Assembly (NCBI GenBank): GCA_965223905.1
Contig: CBDCXV010000001.1
Location: 128,001 to 192,000, forward strand
Source: Candidatus Latescibacterota bacterium
GTDB taxonomy: Bacteria; Latescibacterota; UBA2968; UBA8231
Reading direction: 5' to 3'
Length of the DNA stretch: 64,000 nt
Under the pieces are notes generated by a model, which saw nothing but the letters and a program-made list of their open reading frames with translations, was not told the origin of the DNA and ran no database searches. A program made the position numbers and the translations under genes. Position 1 is the stretch's first letter. Each line of letters opens with the position of its first letter. Shown here in pieces: positions 56,180 through 64,000 of this stretch.

Positions 56180-59100
56180 ATGCCGATGCCTGACGACGCC
56201 GACCCGGTTGCCGACCTCGAGGCGGCCCTGGATGACTGCCTGCTCGGCGACCGCGTGCACATCGGCCGCCGCCTGAAGGACCTGCGCAGCGCTCCGTCCG
56301 GGGGGTCTCACGGAAGCCAGTCCCGCGAGCTCGACCGGCTGCGCGAGCGCGTCGAGGCCTCGAGGCGGCTGCGCTCCGAGCGCCTCCGCCTCATCCCCGC
56401 GGTTTCCTACCCGGAAGAGCTGCCGATCACCGCGCGCAAGGAGGAGATTCTCCGGGCGATCGCGGGGCACCAGGTCGTCGTCGTAGCCGGGGAGACCGGG
56501 TCGGGGAAAACCACCCAGCTTCCCAAGATCTGCCTCGAAGCGGGGCGCGGCCGCGACGCGCGCATCGTCTGCACACAGCCGCGCCGGGTGGCGGCGCTGT
56601 CGCTGTCGAGGCGCCTGGCCGAAGAGCTCGGTGTCACCTGGGGCCGCGAGGTGGGTTGCAAGATCCGCTTCCGGGACCGGACCGAGTCCGAGACCCTGAT
56701 CAAGCTGGTCACCGACGGCATGCTGCTGAGCGAAATCCGCGGCGACCCCGACCTTCTCGAGTACGACACCGTCATCCTCGACGAGGCCCACGAACGCAGC
56801 CTCAACATCGATTTCCTGCTGGGGTACCTGCGCCTGCTTCTGAAAAGGCGGCCCGGCCTCAAGCTCGTCATCACCTCGGCGACCATCGACGTCGAGAAGT
56901 TCTCGCGAGCCTTCGGCGGCGCCCCTGTCGTCGAGGTCTCGGGGCGGATGTACCCTGTCGAGGTCCGGTACCGGCCGCTCGAAGAGATTCTCGGAGAAGG
57001 AGAGGAGCTCTCCTACACCGACGCCGCGGTGGCCGAGGTGCAACAACTGCTGGACGAGTCCCCCTCGGGGGACGTCCTCGTCTTCATGCCGGGGGAGCGG
57101 GACATACGCGAAACCAGCGACCTCCTGCACCACCGGCTGGCAAAACGGAACGTCGAGATCCTGCCGCTGTTCAGCCGTCTGACCGCTGCCGAGCAGCAGC
57201 GGGTGTTCGACCGCCGGGGACGCCGCCGGGTCGTCGTCGCCACCAACATCGCCGAAACATCGCTGACGATTCCCGGCATCCGCTACGTCGTCGACCCGGG
57301 ACTGGCACGGATCAACCGCTACAACCCGCGCACGCATACGCAACGGCTGCCGATCGAGGCGATTTCCCGCAGCAGCGCCGAGCAGCGCAAGGGCCGATGC
57401 GGCCGCGTCGCCGAAGGGGTGTGCGTGCGCCTCTACAGCGAGGAGGAGTTCCTGGCGAGGCCGGAGTACACGGCCCCCGAGATTCAGCGCTCGGACCTGG
57501 CCGACATAATCCTGCGCATGCTCGACCTTCAGCTCGGCAAGGTAGAGGAGTTCCCTTTCGTCGACCCGCCGTCGCCGCGGGCGATCAACAGCGGCTACGT
57601 GCAGCTGCAGGAGCTGGGCGCTCTCGATTCCGGTCGCCGGCTGACCCGCCTCGGCCGCGACATGGCGCGCCTGCCGATCGCCCCGACGGTGTCCCGCATG
57701 ATCCTGCAGGCCCAGGCCGAAGGTGCGCTGTCGGAGCTGCTCGTCATCGCCGCGGCCATCGGCATCCAGGATCCGCGCGAGCGGCCGCTCGCGCACCGCG
57801 ACGAAGCGGACCGCACGCACCGGCAGTTCGTCGACAGGCACTCCGACTTCCTGACCTTGCTCAACATCTGGAACCGCTATCACGAGCGCTTCGAGCAGCT
57901 CGAAACCCAGAGCCAGATGCGCAAGTTCTGCCGCAGCCACTTCCTCTCCTTCACACGCATGCGCGAGTGGCGGGACATTCACGCCCAGCTGACCGAGGTC
58001 CTGTCCGAACTCGGGGGGTTCCGCCTGCAGCCCGGCAGGCGCCCTGCCGGGTACGAGGCGATCCACAGGTCGATTGTGACCGGCCTGTTGAGCAGCATCG
58101 CCCGGAAGAAGGAGCACAACCTCTACCGGGCGGCGCGCAGCAGGGATGTGATGCTCTTTCCCGGGTCGGGCCTTTTCGTGCGGCGGGAGGCCGCCGCTGG
58201 AAAGGACGAAAGGGAAGTGCAGGCTGAAGGCGCCCCGCCTGAGTGGATCGTGGCGGCCGAGATTGTGGAGACCTCCCGCCTGTTCGCCCGCACCGCCGCA
58301 CGCATCCGGGAAGGTTGGCTGCCCGACCTCGGCGGCCACCTGTGCCGCAGTTCATACGGAGATCCGTACTGGAGCCGCAGCGCCGGGCGCGTCCTCGTGC
58401 AGGAGACGGTGCACCTCCACGGGCTGCAGATCGCCAGGCGCCGCGTTCCCGGCCAGCAGGTGAAGCCGCGCGAGGCCGCGGAGGTCTTCATCCGCGATGC
58501 GCTGGTCGCCGGAGATGTCGACACCCCTCGCGAGTTTCTGGCGCGCAACCGCCAACTGGCCGACCGCATAGAGACCTGGCAAACGCGTACGCGTCGCACC
58601 GCCATCGACGTCGACGAGGCGGTTCGCCGGTTTTATGCCTCGCGTCTCGAGGAGGATTTCTCCTCTGTGCACGATCTCAATCGCATCGTCAACGCGCGCC
58701 CGGACGGCGACCGCTTCCTGCACATGGAAGAGGCGGACCTGCTCGGTGCGGGCGAGGCATCCTTCGACCGCGACGCCTTTCCCGACCGAATCGAGCTCGA
58801 CGGCGAGGCAGTCGAGCTGGCGTACGCATACGAACCGGGCCGGGAAGAGGACGGCATCACGGTCCGTCTCCCGTACCGGTTGATGGACGCCATCAACCCG
58901 GAGTTGCTCGACTGGCTGGTCCCCGGCGTTCGCGAAGAGCGAATCACCTGCCTGCTGCGCTCCCTTCCCAAGCAGAAGCGCAAGCAGTTGCTGCCGATTC
59001 CGCAAACCGCCAGGAGGATCGCCGCGGAGCTCGAGCCGACCCATCCCTCCTTCCTCGAGTCGCTCAAGGAGCACCTGGCGGACCGCTACCGGTTGCAGGT

Positions 59101-60130
59101 GCGGCGCACCGACTGGAAACCGGAGGCGATTCCCGAGCATCTGCGCCTGCGCGTCGAGGTCCGTGGGAGCGACGGTCAGGCGGTGGCGGCAGGGCGGGAC
59201 CTCGAGCAGCTGAGCGCGAAGCTGCAACGCCACGACACCCCGGTCGAGCAGGATGCCTGGCGAAAGGCGGCGGCCCGTTGGGAGCGGGACGACATGACCT
59301 CCTGGGATTGCGGCGACCTTCCGGAGAAGGTCGAGGTGAGCGAGATCGCCGGCATCCCGCTGCTCGCCTATCCGGGGCTGCTGTGCCGCGGCGAGGGAGT
59401 CGGCCTGCGCCTCTTCAGGAAACGGGCGGATGCCGAGCAGGCGAGCCGGGAGGGTATCGTCCGACTGTCGGAGCTGGTGCTGAAGGAGCAGATGCGGCAG
59501 TTGCGCAGGGACTTGGCCGAGCTGCGGCGGTTGCAACCCCTCTGGGCCTCATTCGGGGGGGCCTCCGAGCTCGAGCAGCAGGCATACACCTGCCTGCTCC
59601 GCTACCTGTTCGGACGCCAGCCGGCCATCCCCCTGAGCCGTGAGAGTTTCGAGGAGGGCTGCTGGCAGGCCCGCCGGAAACTGGCCGGGGCCGCCGAAAA
59701 AATGGTCGGCCTGGTCGAGACCTTGCTGGAAACCCGCCGCCTGATCGTCACCTGTCCCCAGCCTTACCCCGGGATGGAGGAGGACCTGGACCGGCTGTTG
59801 CCGCCCGGTTTTCTCGCCGCCGCCGATTTCGAACGGCTGCCCCATCTGTGCCGCTATCTCAAGGGAGTTTTCGTGCGCGCCGACCGCGCCCGCGGCGATG
59901 CCGCCAGAGACTGCCGCAAGGCGCAACTAATCACGCCCTATCAGCACGCTCTCGACGAGCTTTCGTCCGCTGCCGACCCTGCGAATGGAGAGCACCTGCG
60001 GAGGATCGAGGAGTTCCGCCGGCTCCTGGAGGAGTGGCGCATATCGGTATTCGCCCAGGAGCTGGGCACAGCAGGCAAGGTGTCGGCACGACGGCTCGAC
60101 AAGAAACTCGAGGAAATCAGGAAGGTGTAG
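56180..60130 (+). CDS. hrpA: ATP-dependent RNA helicase HrpA
   Basis: GETGSGKTTQLPK, TQPRRVAA, DEAHERSLNIDF, SAT, QRKGRCGR; DUF3418-type C-terminus EEWRISVFAQELGT. Confidence 0.95.
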   Translation: MPMPDDADPVADLEAALDDCLLGDRVHIGRRLKDLRSAPSGGSHGSQSRELDRLRERVEASRRLRSERLRLIPAVSYPEELPITARKEEILRAIAGHQVVVVAGETGSGKTTQLPKICLEAGRGRDARIVCTQPRRVAALSLSRRLAEELGVTWGREVGCKIRFRDRTESETLIKLVTDGMLLSEIRGDPDLLEYDTVILDEAHERSLNIDFLLGYLRLLLKRRPGLKLVITSATIDVEKFSRAFGGAPVVEVSGRMYPVEVRYRPLEEILGEGEELSYTDAAVAEVQQLLDESPSGDVLVFMPGERDIRETSDLLHHRLAKRNVEILPLFSRLTAAEQQRVFDRRGRRRVVVATNIAETSLTIPGIRYVVDPGLARINRYNPRTHTQRLPIEAISRSSAEQRKGRCGRVAEGVCVRLYSEEEFLARPEYTAPEIQRSDLADIILRMLDLQLGKVEEFPFVDPPSPRAINSGYVQLQELGALDSGRRLTRLGRDMARLPIAPTVSRMILQAQAEGALSELLVIAAAIGIQDPRERPLAHRDEADRTHRQFVDRHSDFLTLLNIWNRYHERFEQLETQSQMRKFCRSHFLSFTRMREWRDIHAQLTEVLSELGGFRLQPGRRPAGYEAIHRSIVTGLLSSIARKKEHNLYRAARSRDVMLFPGSGLFVRREAAAGKDEREVQAEGAPPEWIVAAEIVETSRLFARTAARIREGWLPDLGGHLCRSSYGDPYWSRSAGRVLVQETVHLHGLQIARRRVPGQQVKPREAAEVFIRDALVAGDVDTPREFLARNRQLADRIETWQTRTRRTAIDVDEAVRRFYASRLEEDFSSVHDLNRIVNARPDGDRFLHMEEADLLGAGEASFDRDAFPDRIELDGEAVELAYAYEPGREEDGITVRLPYRLMDAINPELLDWLVPGVREERITCLLRSLPKQKRKQLLPIPQTARRIAAELEPTHPSFLESLKEHLADRYRLQVRRTDWKPEAIPEHLRLRVEVRGSDGQAVAAGRDLEQLSAKLQRHDTPVEQDAWRKAAARWERDDMTSWDCGDLPEKVEVSEIAGIPLLAYPGLLCRGEGVGLRLFRKRADAEQASREGIVRLSELVLKEQMRQLRRDLAELRRLQPLWASFGGASELEQQAYTCLLRYLFGRQPAIPLSRESFEEGCWQARRKLAGAAEKMVGLVETLLETRRLIVTCPQPYPGMEEDLDRLLPPGFLAAADFERLPHLCRYLKGVFVRADRARGDAARDCRKAQLITPYQHALDELSSAADPANGEHLRRIEEFRRLLEEWRISVFAQELGTAGKVSARRLDKKLEEIRKV

Positions 60131-60133
60131 CCG

Positions 60134-60430
60134 ATGTCCAAATCCATCCATACTTCGCCAAGTCCGCCGAGTGTGTGGTCCCGGCAAAAGGGCGAGATCG
60201 TTGTCGAACTCACACCAGATCAAGTCGATTTCCTGAACCGGCGTCTACGAGGGCAAGGGGGCTACCAATCCCTTCTCGCACGGCTCCAGAGCAACATTAA
60301 CAGAAACTTTCTCAGACTGACGCAGGACGACTGCGAGAAAGTGGTCCGCTATGCCACGCAATACGGGCAAGGCGGCTTCCAAGAACGCCTGAAATCCATT
60401 GTTCAACTAGCGGAACAATTCAACGCTTGA
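60134..60430 (+). CDS. Small hypothetical protein with duplicated GQGG[YF]Q-x-x-L motif
   Basis: Sits 3 nt after the hrpA stop and 19 nt before the methyltransferase; GQGGYQSLL and GQGGFQERL. Confidence 0.75.
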   Translation: MSKSIHTSPSPPSVWSRQKGEIVVELTPDQVDFLNRRLRGQGGYQSLLARLQSNINRNFLRLTQDDCEKVVRYATQYGQGGFQERLKSIVQLAEQFNA

Positions 60431-60449
60431 TTTTGCCGACTGAGACAAA

Positions 60450-61346
60450 ATGGAGACAACTGAGTTCCGGCATACATCACAAGGCGGCGAAATCATCCTC
60501 CATCGGCGGGACTGCATCTCGGGAATGCAGGAGCTGCTGAAGCCTGAGTCGATCGACGTCGTGGTGACCTCGCCCCCCTACAACCTCGGGGTCGCCTACC
60601 GGTCCTACGACGACACCGCCCCGCGAAATGAGTACCTCGACTGGATCGAGGCCTGGGGAGAGGCGCTCCACAGGGTATTGAGCCGCCGCGGATCGCTGTT
60701 CCTCAACGTGTCGGGAAAACCGTCGGATCCCTGGGGGCCCTTCGAGATTCTTCAGCGGCTACGGAACCGGTTCGCACTTCAGAACACGCTGCATTGGATA
60801 AAATCGATCGCAATCGACGCGGACCTCGTAGGGAGCACCAGTGCGCTCGCGACGAACGTCGCAGTCGGCCACTACAAGCCGATAAACAGCAGGCGTTACG
60901 TAAACGACTGCCACGAATACATCTTCCACCTGACCAAGTTCGGCGATGTCGAATTGGATCGACTCGCAGTCGGAGTAGAGTACCAGGACAAGTCCAACGT
61001 GGACAGATGGTCGGGAGCAAAGGATGACCTGCGCTGCCGCGGCAACACCTGGTTCATTCCGTACCGGACGATTCAGAGCCGCGACCGGGAACGGCCGCAC
61101 CCTGCAACGTTTCCGGTCAGGGTGCCCGAGATGTGCATCCGCCTGCACGGACTGCAACGAGTCGACCGCGCCATGGATCCATTCCTTGGGCTCGGACACA
61201 CCGCATTGGCATGCAAGGCACTGGGGGTCCCCTTCCTGGGCTTCGAGCTGGACGAAGGGTACTTCTCGGAGGCGTGCCATCTGCTTGAAAGCTTTGATCC
61301 CGCGCCGATGGAAAGTCGGTCCCAGGATCAGTTATCCCTTTTCTGA
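60450..61346 (+). CDS. Site-specific DNA methyltransferase, beta class (N4-C or N6-A)
   Basis: Motif IV VTSPPY near the N-terminus; HPATFP; motif I DPFLGLG near the C-terminus; GFELD. Confidence 0.92.
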   Translation: METTEFRHTSQGGEIILHRRDCISGMQELLKPESIDVVVTSPPYNLGVAYRSYDDTAPRNEYLDWIEAWGEALHRVLSRRGSLFLNVSGKPSDPWGPFEILQRLRNRFALQNTLHWIKSIAIDADLVGSTSALATNVAVGHYKPINSRRYVNDCHEYIFHLTKFGDVELDRLAVGVEYQDKSNVDRWSGAKDDLRCRGNTWFIPYRTIQSRDRERPHPATFPVRVPEMCIRLHGLQRVDRAMDPFLGLGHTALACKALGVPFLGFELDEGYFSEACHLLESFDPAPMESRSQDQLSLF

Positions 61347-61356
61347 AGGAAAAAAC

Positions 61357-61482
61357 GTGGCAGGGTTAAGCGGGGCGCTCGGCAACCAGATCGCCAAGAC
61401 CAACAAGAGCCTTGAATCCCGCTTCACGTGGCTCATAACCATAATGGTGGCGCTAGGCTTCCTCATCGCCGTTATCAAATGA
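61357..61482 (+). CDS. 41-aa peptide with C-terminal TM helix (DUF1640-like tail; possibly a remnant)
   Basis: GTG start after AAGGA; ...KSLESRFTWLITIMVALGFLIAVIK*. Confidence 0.4.
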   Translation: MAGLSGALGNQIAKTNKSLESRFTWLITIMVALGFLIAVIK

Positions 61483-61647
61483 GATGGGTCGCTCCGTCGG
61501 GAAAACCACGGCTTCGAATTTCGACCTCTTGCAACTGCTCAGCGTCCTGACTGTTAGTGAAGGAGACCCGATTTCAGGAAGAATAACCATGCCTGAGTAG
61601 CCCCCCTTTGCTGTTGGGTCTTCGTTTCCTTCCTCAAATTCACTCAC

Positions 61648-62102
61648 ATGGCAGATCCAGAGATGGAGTCAAACTTCATGCCAACAGATTCCAAGACTAT
61701 TGCTGAATCGGTACAACAGCTCACAGACAGCATCTTGAAACTGAGTACGGCTCTCCTGATTGTGCCAGTAGTTTTTCTCCGGTTTGTTGCTAAATCGGAC
61801 GAGTTACTTACCCAGAAGCTCTGCGGGGAGTCTACCCTGTAGGGAATCTGCTAAAGACCGGGATATTTGTTCCTCTTGGTGTGGGTATCGTTCTGGGACT
61901 ACTAGCAAAGTTCCAGTTAATGCACAAGCTCAATTCCGATTCGCTCGGATCCGGAAACGCCCTTTCAAAATCCATTCTTCTTCCTGCTTGGGGCTCTGGA
62001 ATCTGTCTTCTAATTGGACTTGCCTTTCTCATAGTCCTCTTTTACCAACTCCCAATTGACATCCCGGAACCGTTCAGATTGAATAGATCACATCTTGGCT
62101 GA
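61648..62102 (+). pseudogene. Frameshifted ~150-aa three-TM membrane protein in lower-GC DNA
   Basis: One frame gives ...ILKLSTALLIVPVVFLRFVAK and stops at 61842. A second frame, open from 61794, continues VTYPEALRGVYPVGNLLKTGIFVPLGVGIVLGLLAKF...GICLLIGLAFLIVLFY. Confidence 0.5.
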
Positions 62103-62177
62103 ATGTAAGTCCGTGTGGCTAGCATGCACCCCCTCGATGCAAAACATGATGGGCCAGTTGCCGGACACCCTGACCGA
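62088..62177 (-). pseudogene. Degenerate HigB/RelE-family toxin C-terminal remnant
   Basis: The minus strand translates SVRVSGNWPIMFCIEGVHASHTDLH, resembling the HigB pattern S-[IV]-R-V-S-G-N-W-R-I-x-F-x-F-E-x-x-x-A-x-x-V-D. Confidence 0.5.
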
Positions 62178-62240
62178 CCCTGTCCCGGAAATGGAAGTGT
62201 CGGATTCGGTCCCCACATCATCACCTCGATACGCCCGCTC

Positions 62241-63056
62241 TCACACGTGGTCGGTCATCCACTCGAAACACTTCTCGAACCCCACCGCTCCCTCGGCCTC
62301 CTCTCCCTCGTACTCGACCGCCCAGACCCCGTCGTACCCGGCCTGTTTCACGCAGGCGACCGCGTGCCCGAGGTCGATTTCCCCTTCCCCCAGAACCATT
62401 CCCCGGTACTGCTGCCGCGAGCCGGTCCCGTCCTTTATATGGACGTGGAACACGTGCGGCGCCACCAACTCGTAGAAGCGGTTGCAGCGCTCCCGGTCCC
62501 AACCGGCCCAGCGGTAGTTCATGGTGTCGAGGTTGACCCCGAGCCGCTCGGACCCGACCCGTTCTATCAGGCTCACCTGCCACTCGCCGTCGTTGGTCGC
62601 CATCCCGTGGTTGTCGAGGGCGATGCGCACCCCTGAGGCCTCGGCGAAATCGCCGCAGCGCTTGAACGCCTCCAGCATCATGCCGTCCCACTGATCCCGG
62701 GGAACCTCCTCGCCCCAGCCGCCGTCGCTGCGCACGATGTCGGTGCCGGTGTGAGGTATCCATTCGCACAGCTTGCGGTAGCGGTCGATCTCCGCTTCCT
62801 GTTGCACTGGGTCCGCCCGGAGGAAGTTGTTGCCCGCCGAAACAGCGCTCACCGCCATGCCGTGGCGCTCGAGCATTTCCCGGACCATTACGGCAGCACG
62901 TTCGCCGCCCCGGGTTTCGTCCGGCCACACGTCCCGGAACTGCAACTCGCAGTAGCGGTAACCGATCTCGGCCGCCCTGGCGGCGAAACCCTCCAGGTCG
63001 TAGCCGCCCCAGTTGTGATGAACCACCCCTGTTTTCGCCATGTTCCGTGTCCTCAT
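62241..63056 (-). CDS. Sugar phosphate isomerase/epimerase (TIM barrel)
   Basis: IGYRYCEL, IALDNHG, VNLDTMN, HVHIKD, LGEGEID, AVEYEG. Confidence 0.88.
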   Translation of the reverse strand: MRTRNMAKTGVVHHNWGGYDLEGFAARAAEIGYRYCELQFRDVWPDETRGGERAAVMVREMLERHGMAVSAVSAGNNFLRADPVQQEAEIDRYRKLCEWIPHTGTDIVRSDGGWGEEVPRDQWDGMMLEAFKRCGDFAEASGVRIALDNHGMATNDGEWQVSLIERVGSERLGVNLDTMNYRWAGWDRERCNRFYELVAPHVFHVHIKDGTGSRQQYRGMVLGEGEIDLGHAVACVKQAGYDGVWAVEYEGEEAEGAVGFEKCFEWMTDHV

Positions 63057-63060
63057 CGGT

Positions 63061-63999
63061 TCAGTAAAGGCGGAAGACCGCGGTCTGCAGCGGCAGCACC
63101 CGCATCTCGAGGCCGCCGTCCGCCCTTGCCGACCACCGCAACGCGGACCCCTCCGGTGCCAACCCGGGGGCGCGGTAGGAGTCGAACAGCAGCTCCATCG
63201 GCGCCGCCCGCCTCCGCAGGTAGTCGAAGCGGCAGGTGACCGCTCGCGCCGCCCGGTGGTCGAGGTTGTGAATCATCAGAAGGGCGCTTTCGCAATCGTA
63301 GCGCACGTACCCGAACACCCGGTCTTCCGGGTCTCCCCCTTCAAAGCTGTTGCGATGGTAATGGACTGCTCCCGTGGGAATCGGCGTCCACTCCGGCAGC
63401 CTGCGATACAGGGCTGAGTAGGCCCGCTCGCATCGGGCTCCCACCTTGCGCACGCACACTTCCATCACCGGCGGGCAGGCCGCCACCCAGTCCGGGCTGA
63501 CGGCGATAACGCGGTCGCGGTTTTCGCCGATGTCGTTGAGAGGGATCCACTCCTTTTCGCCGGTGCCGGTTGCGAAGGAATCGGCCGAAAACTCCGCGGT
63601 GCAGGTATGGACCCGCGTCTCCTGCAGCTGCAAGGAAGGGGACTCGAATACCAGGTTGCCGTCCGCCAGCTCGGGATCCCCGGACGGGTTGCAGACGAGA
63701 TTCATCGGAAGAAAGCGGCCGGCCCCCGGCGTTCCGGGCCGATCGATCCGCAGGCGCACATCGACGTCGGCTGCCCGTACGCGTATCGCCTCGACCTCGG
63801 CAACAAACAGCTCGACCCGGACCTTGGCTTCGACCTGGGGTTTTCCCGGACCGACATAGCCTCGCGCAAGAACCGAATCGAAGCGCTGACCGTCGAGCTG
63901 AATCGTGAGGTTTCCCGCCCAGACCACCCAGTTGTCGAAGGCGCCAGGGGCAAAGCGGCGGTGGAGCTGATCGAAGAAGATGGCGCGGCTGCCCTCGGC
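63061..63999 (-). CDS. Partial protein (5' end outside the window) ending in an alpha-amylase/GH13-like C-terminal beta domain
   Basis: The frame is open to the window end; C-terminal DRVFGYVRY...LLMIHNLD...VLPLQTAVFRL. Confidence 0.55.
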   Translation of the reverse strand, partial: AEGSRAIFFDQLHRRFAPGAFDNWVVWAGNLTIQLDGQRFDSVLARGYVGPGKPQVEAKVRVELFVAEVEAIRVRAADVDVRLRIDRPGTPGAGRFLPMNLVCNPSGDPELADGNLVFESPSLQLQETRVHTCTAEFSADSFATGTGEKEWIPLNDIGENRDRVIAVSPDWVAACPPVMEVCVRKVGARCERAYSALYRRLPEWTPIPTGAVHYHRNSFEGGDPEDRVFGYVRYDCESALLMIHNLDHRAARAVTCRFDYLRRRAAPMELLFDSYRAPGLAPEGSALRWSARADGGLEMRVLPLQTAVFRLY

Positions 64000-64000
64000 G

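Noticed and set aside
60450-62102. Complete type II restriction-modification system
   Set aside because: No intact ORF with PD-(D/E)xK, HNH or GIY-YIG features lies near the methyltransferase.
161-63953. Many long overlapping or antisense ORFs (e.g. 161-1828+, 12080-13558+, 25185-26726-, 31986-34652-, 41446-43041+, 56033-58339-)
   Set aside because: They are shadow ORFs of GC-rich genes: they overlap well-supported genes and lack family motifs.

Overview
GC-rich bacterial chromosomal window with no rRNA, CRISPR array, integrase, transposase or phage genes that I can recognise. Gene content suggests an FCB-related candidate lineage such as Ca. Latescibacterota; this is inference from the gene families, not a marker-gene result. 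In order: a partial tRNA-Leu(CAA); an nfeD-nfeD'-floA-yqfB-like operon; many catabolic enzymes of unknown substrate; two CRTAC1/FG-GAP genes; TPR and PPIase proteins; YbdG-type MscS; HrpA; and a small lower-GC islet with an orphan DNA methyltransferase plus gene remnants. Two regions stand out. (1) A divergent locus (about 9.9-25.2 kb) encodes three paralogous secreted proteins with a type-B-T9SS-like/FlgD-Ig C-terminus, a CBM9-like protein with a short C-terminal V-E-x-x-[ST]-W-[GA]-R-[IL]-K tag, a 901-aa putative outer-membrane protein, and nearby a DUF6785-like membrane protein and a GH32-like hydrolase. It may be an uncharacterised surface display or uptake system. (2) A tandem array of four secreted paralogs (43.6-47.5 kb) carries the same tag. 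Their frameworks are near-identical, variation is concentrated in the same loops, and there is a recombination breakpoint in the tag-coding DNA, suggesting a diversifying binding-protein repertoire. All family calls are by-eye motif recognition; no database search was run.
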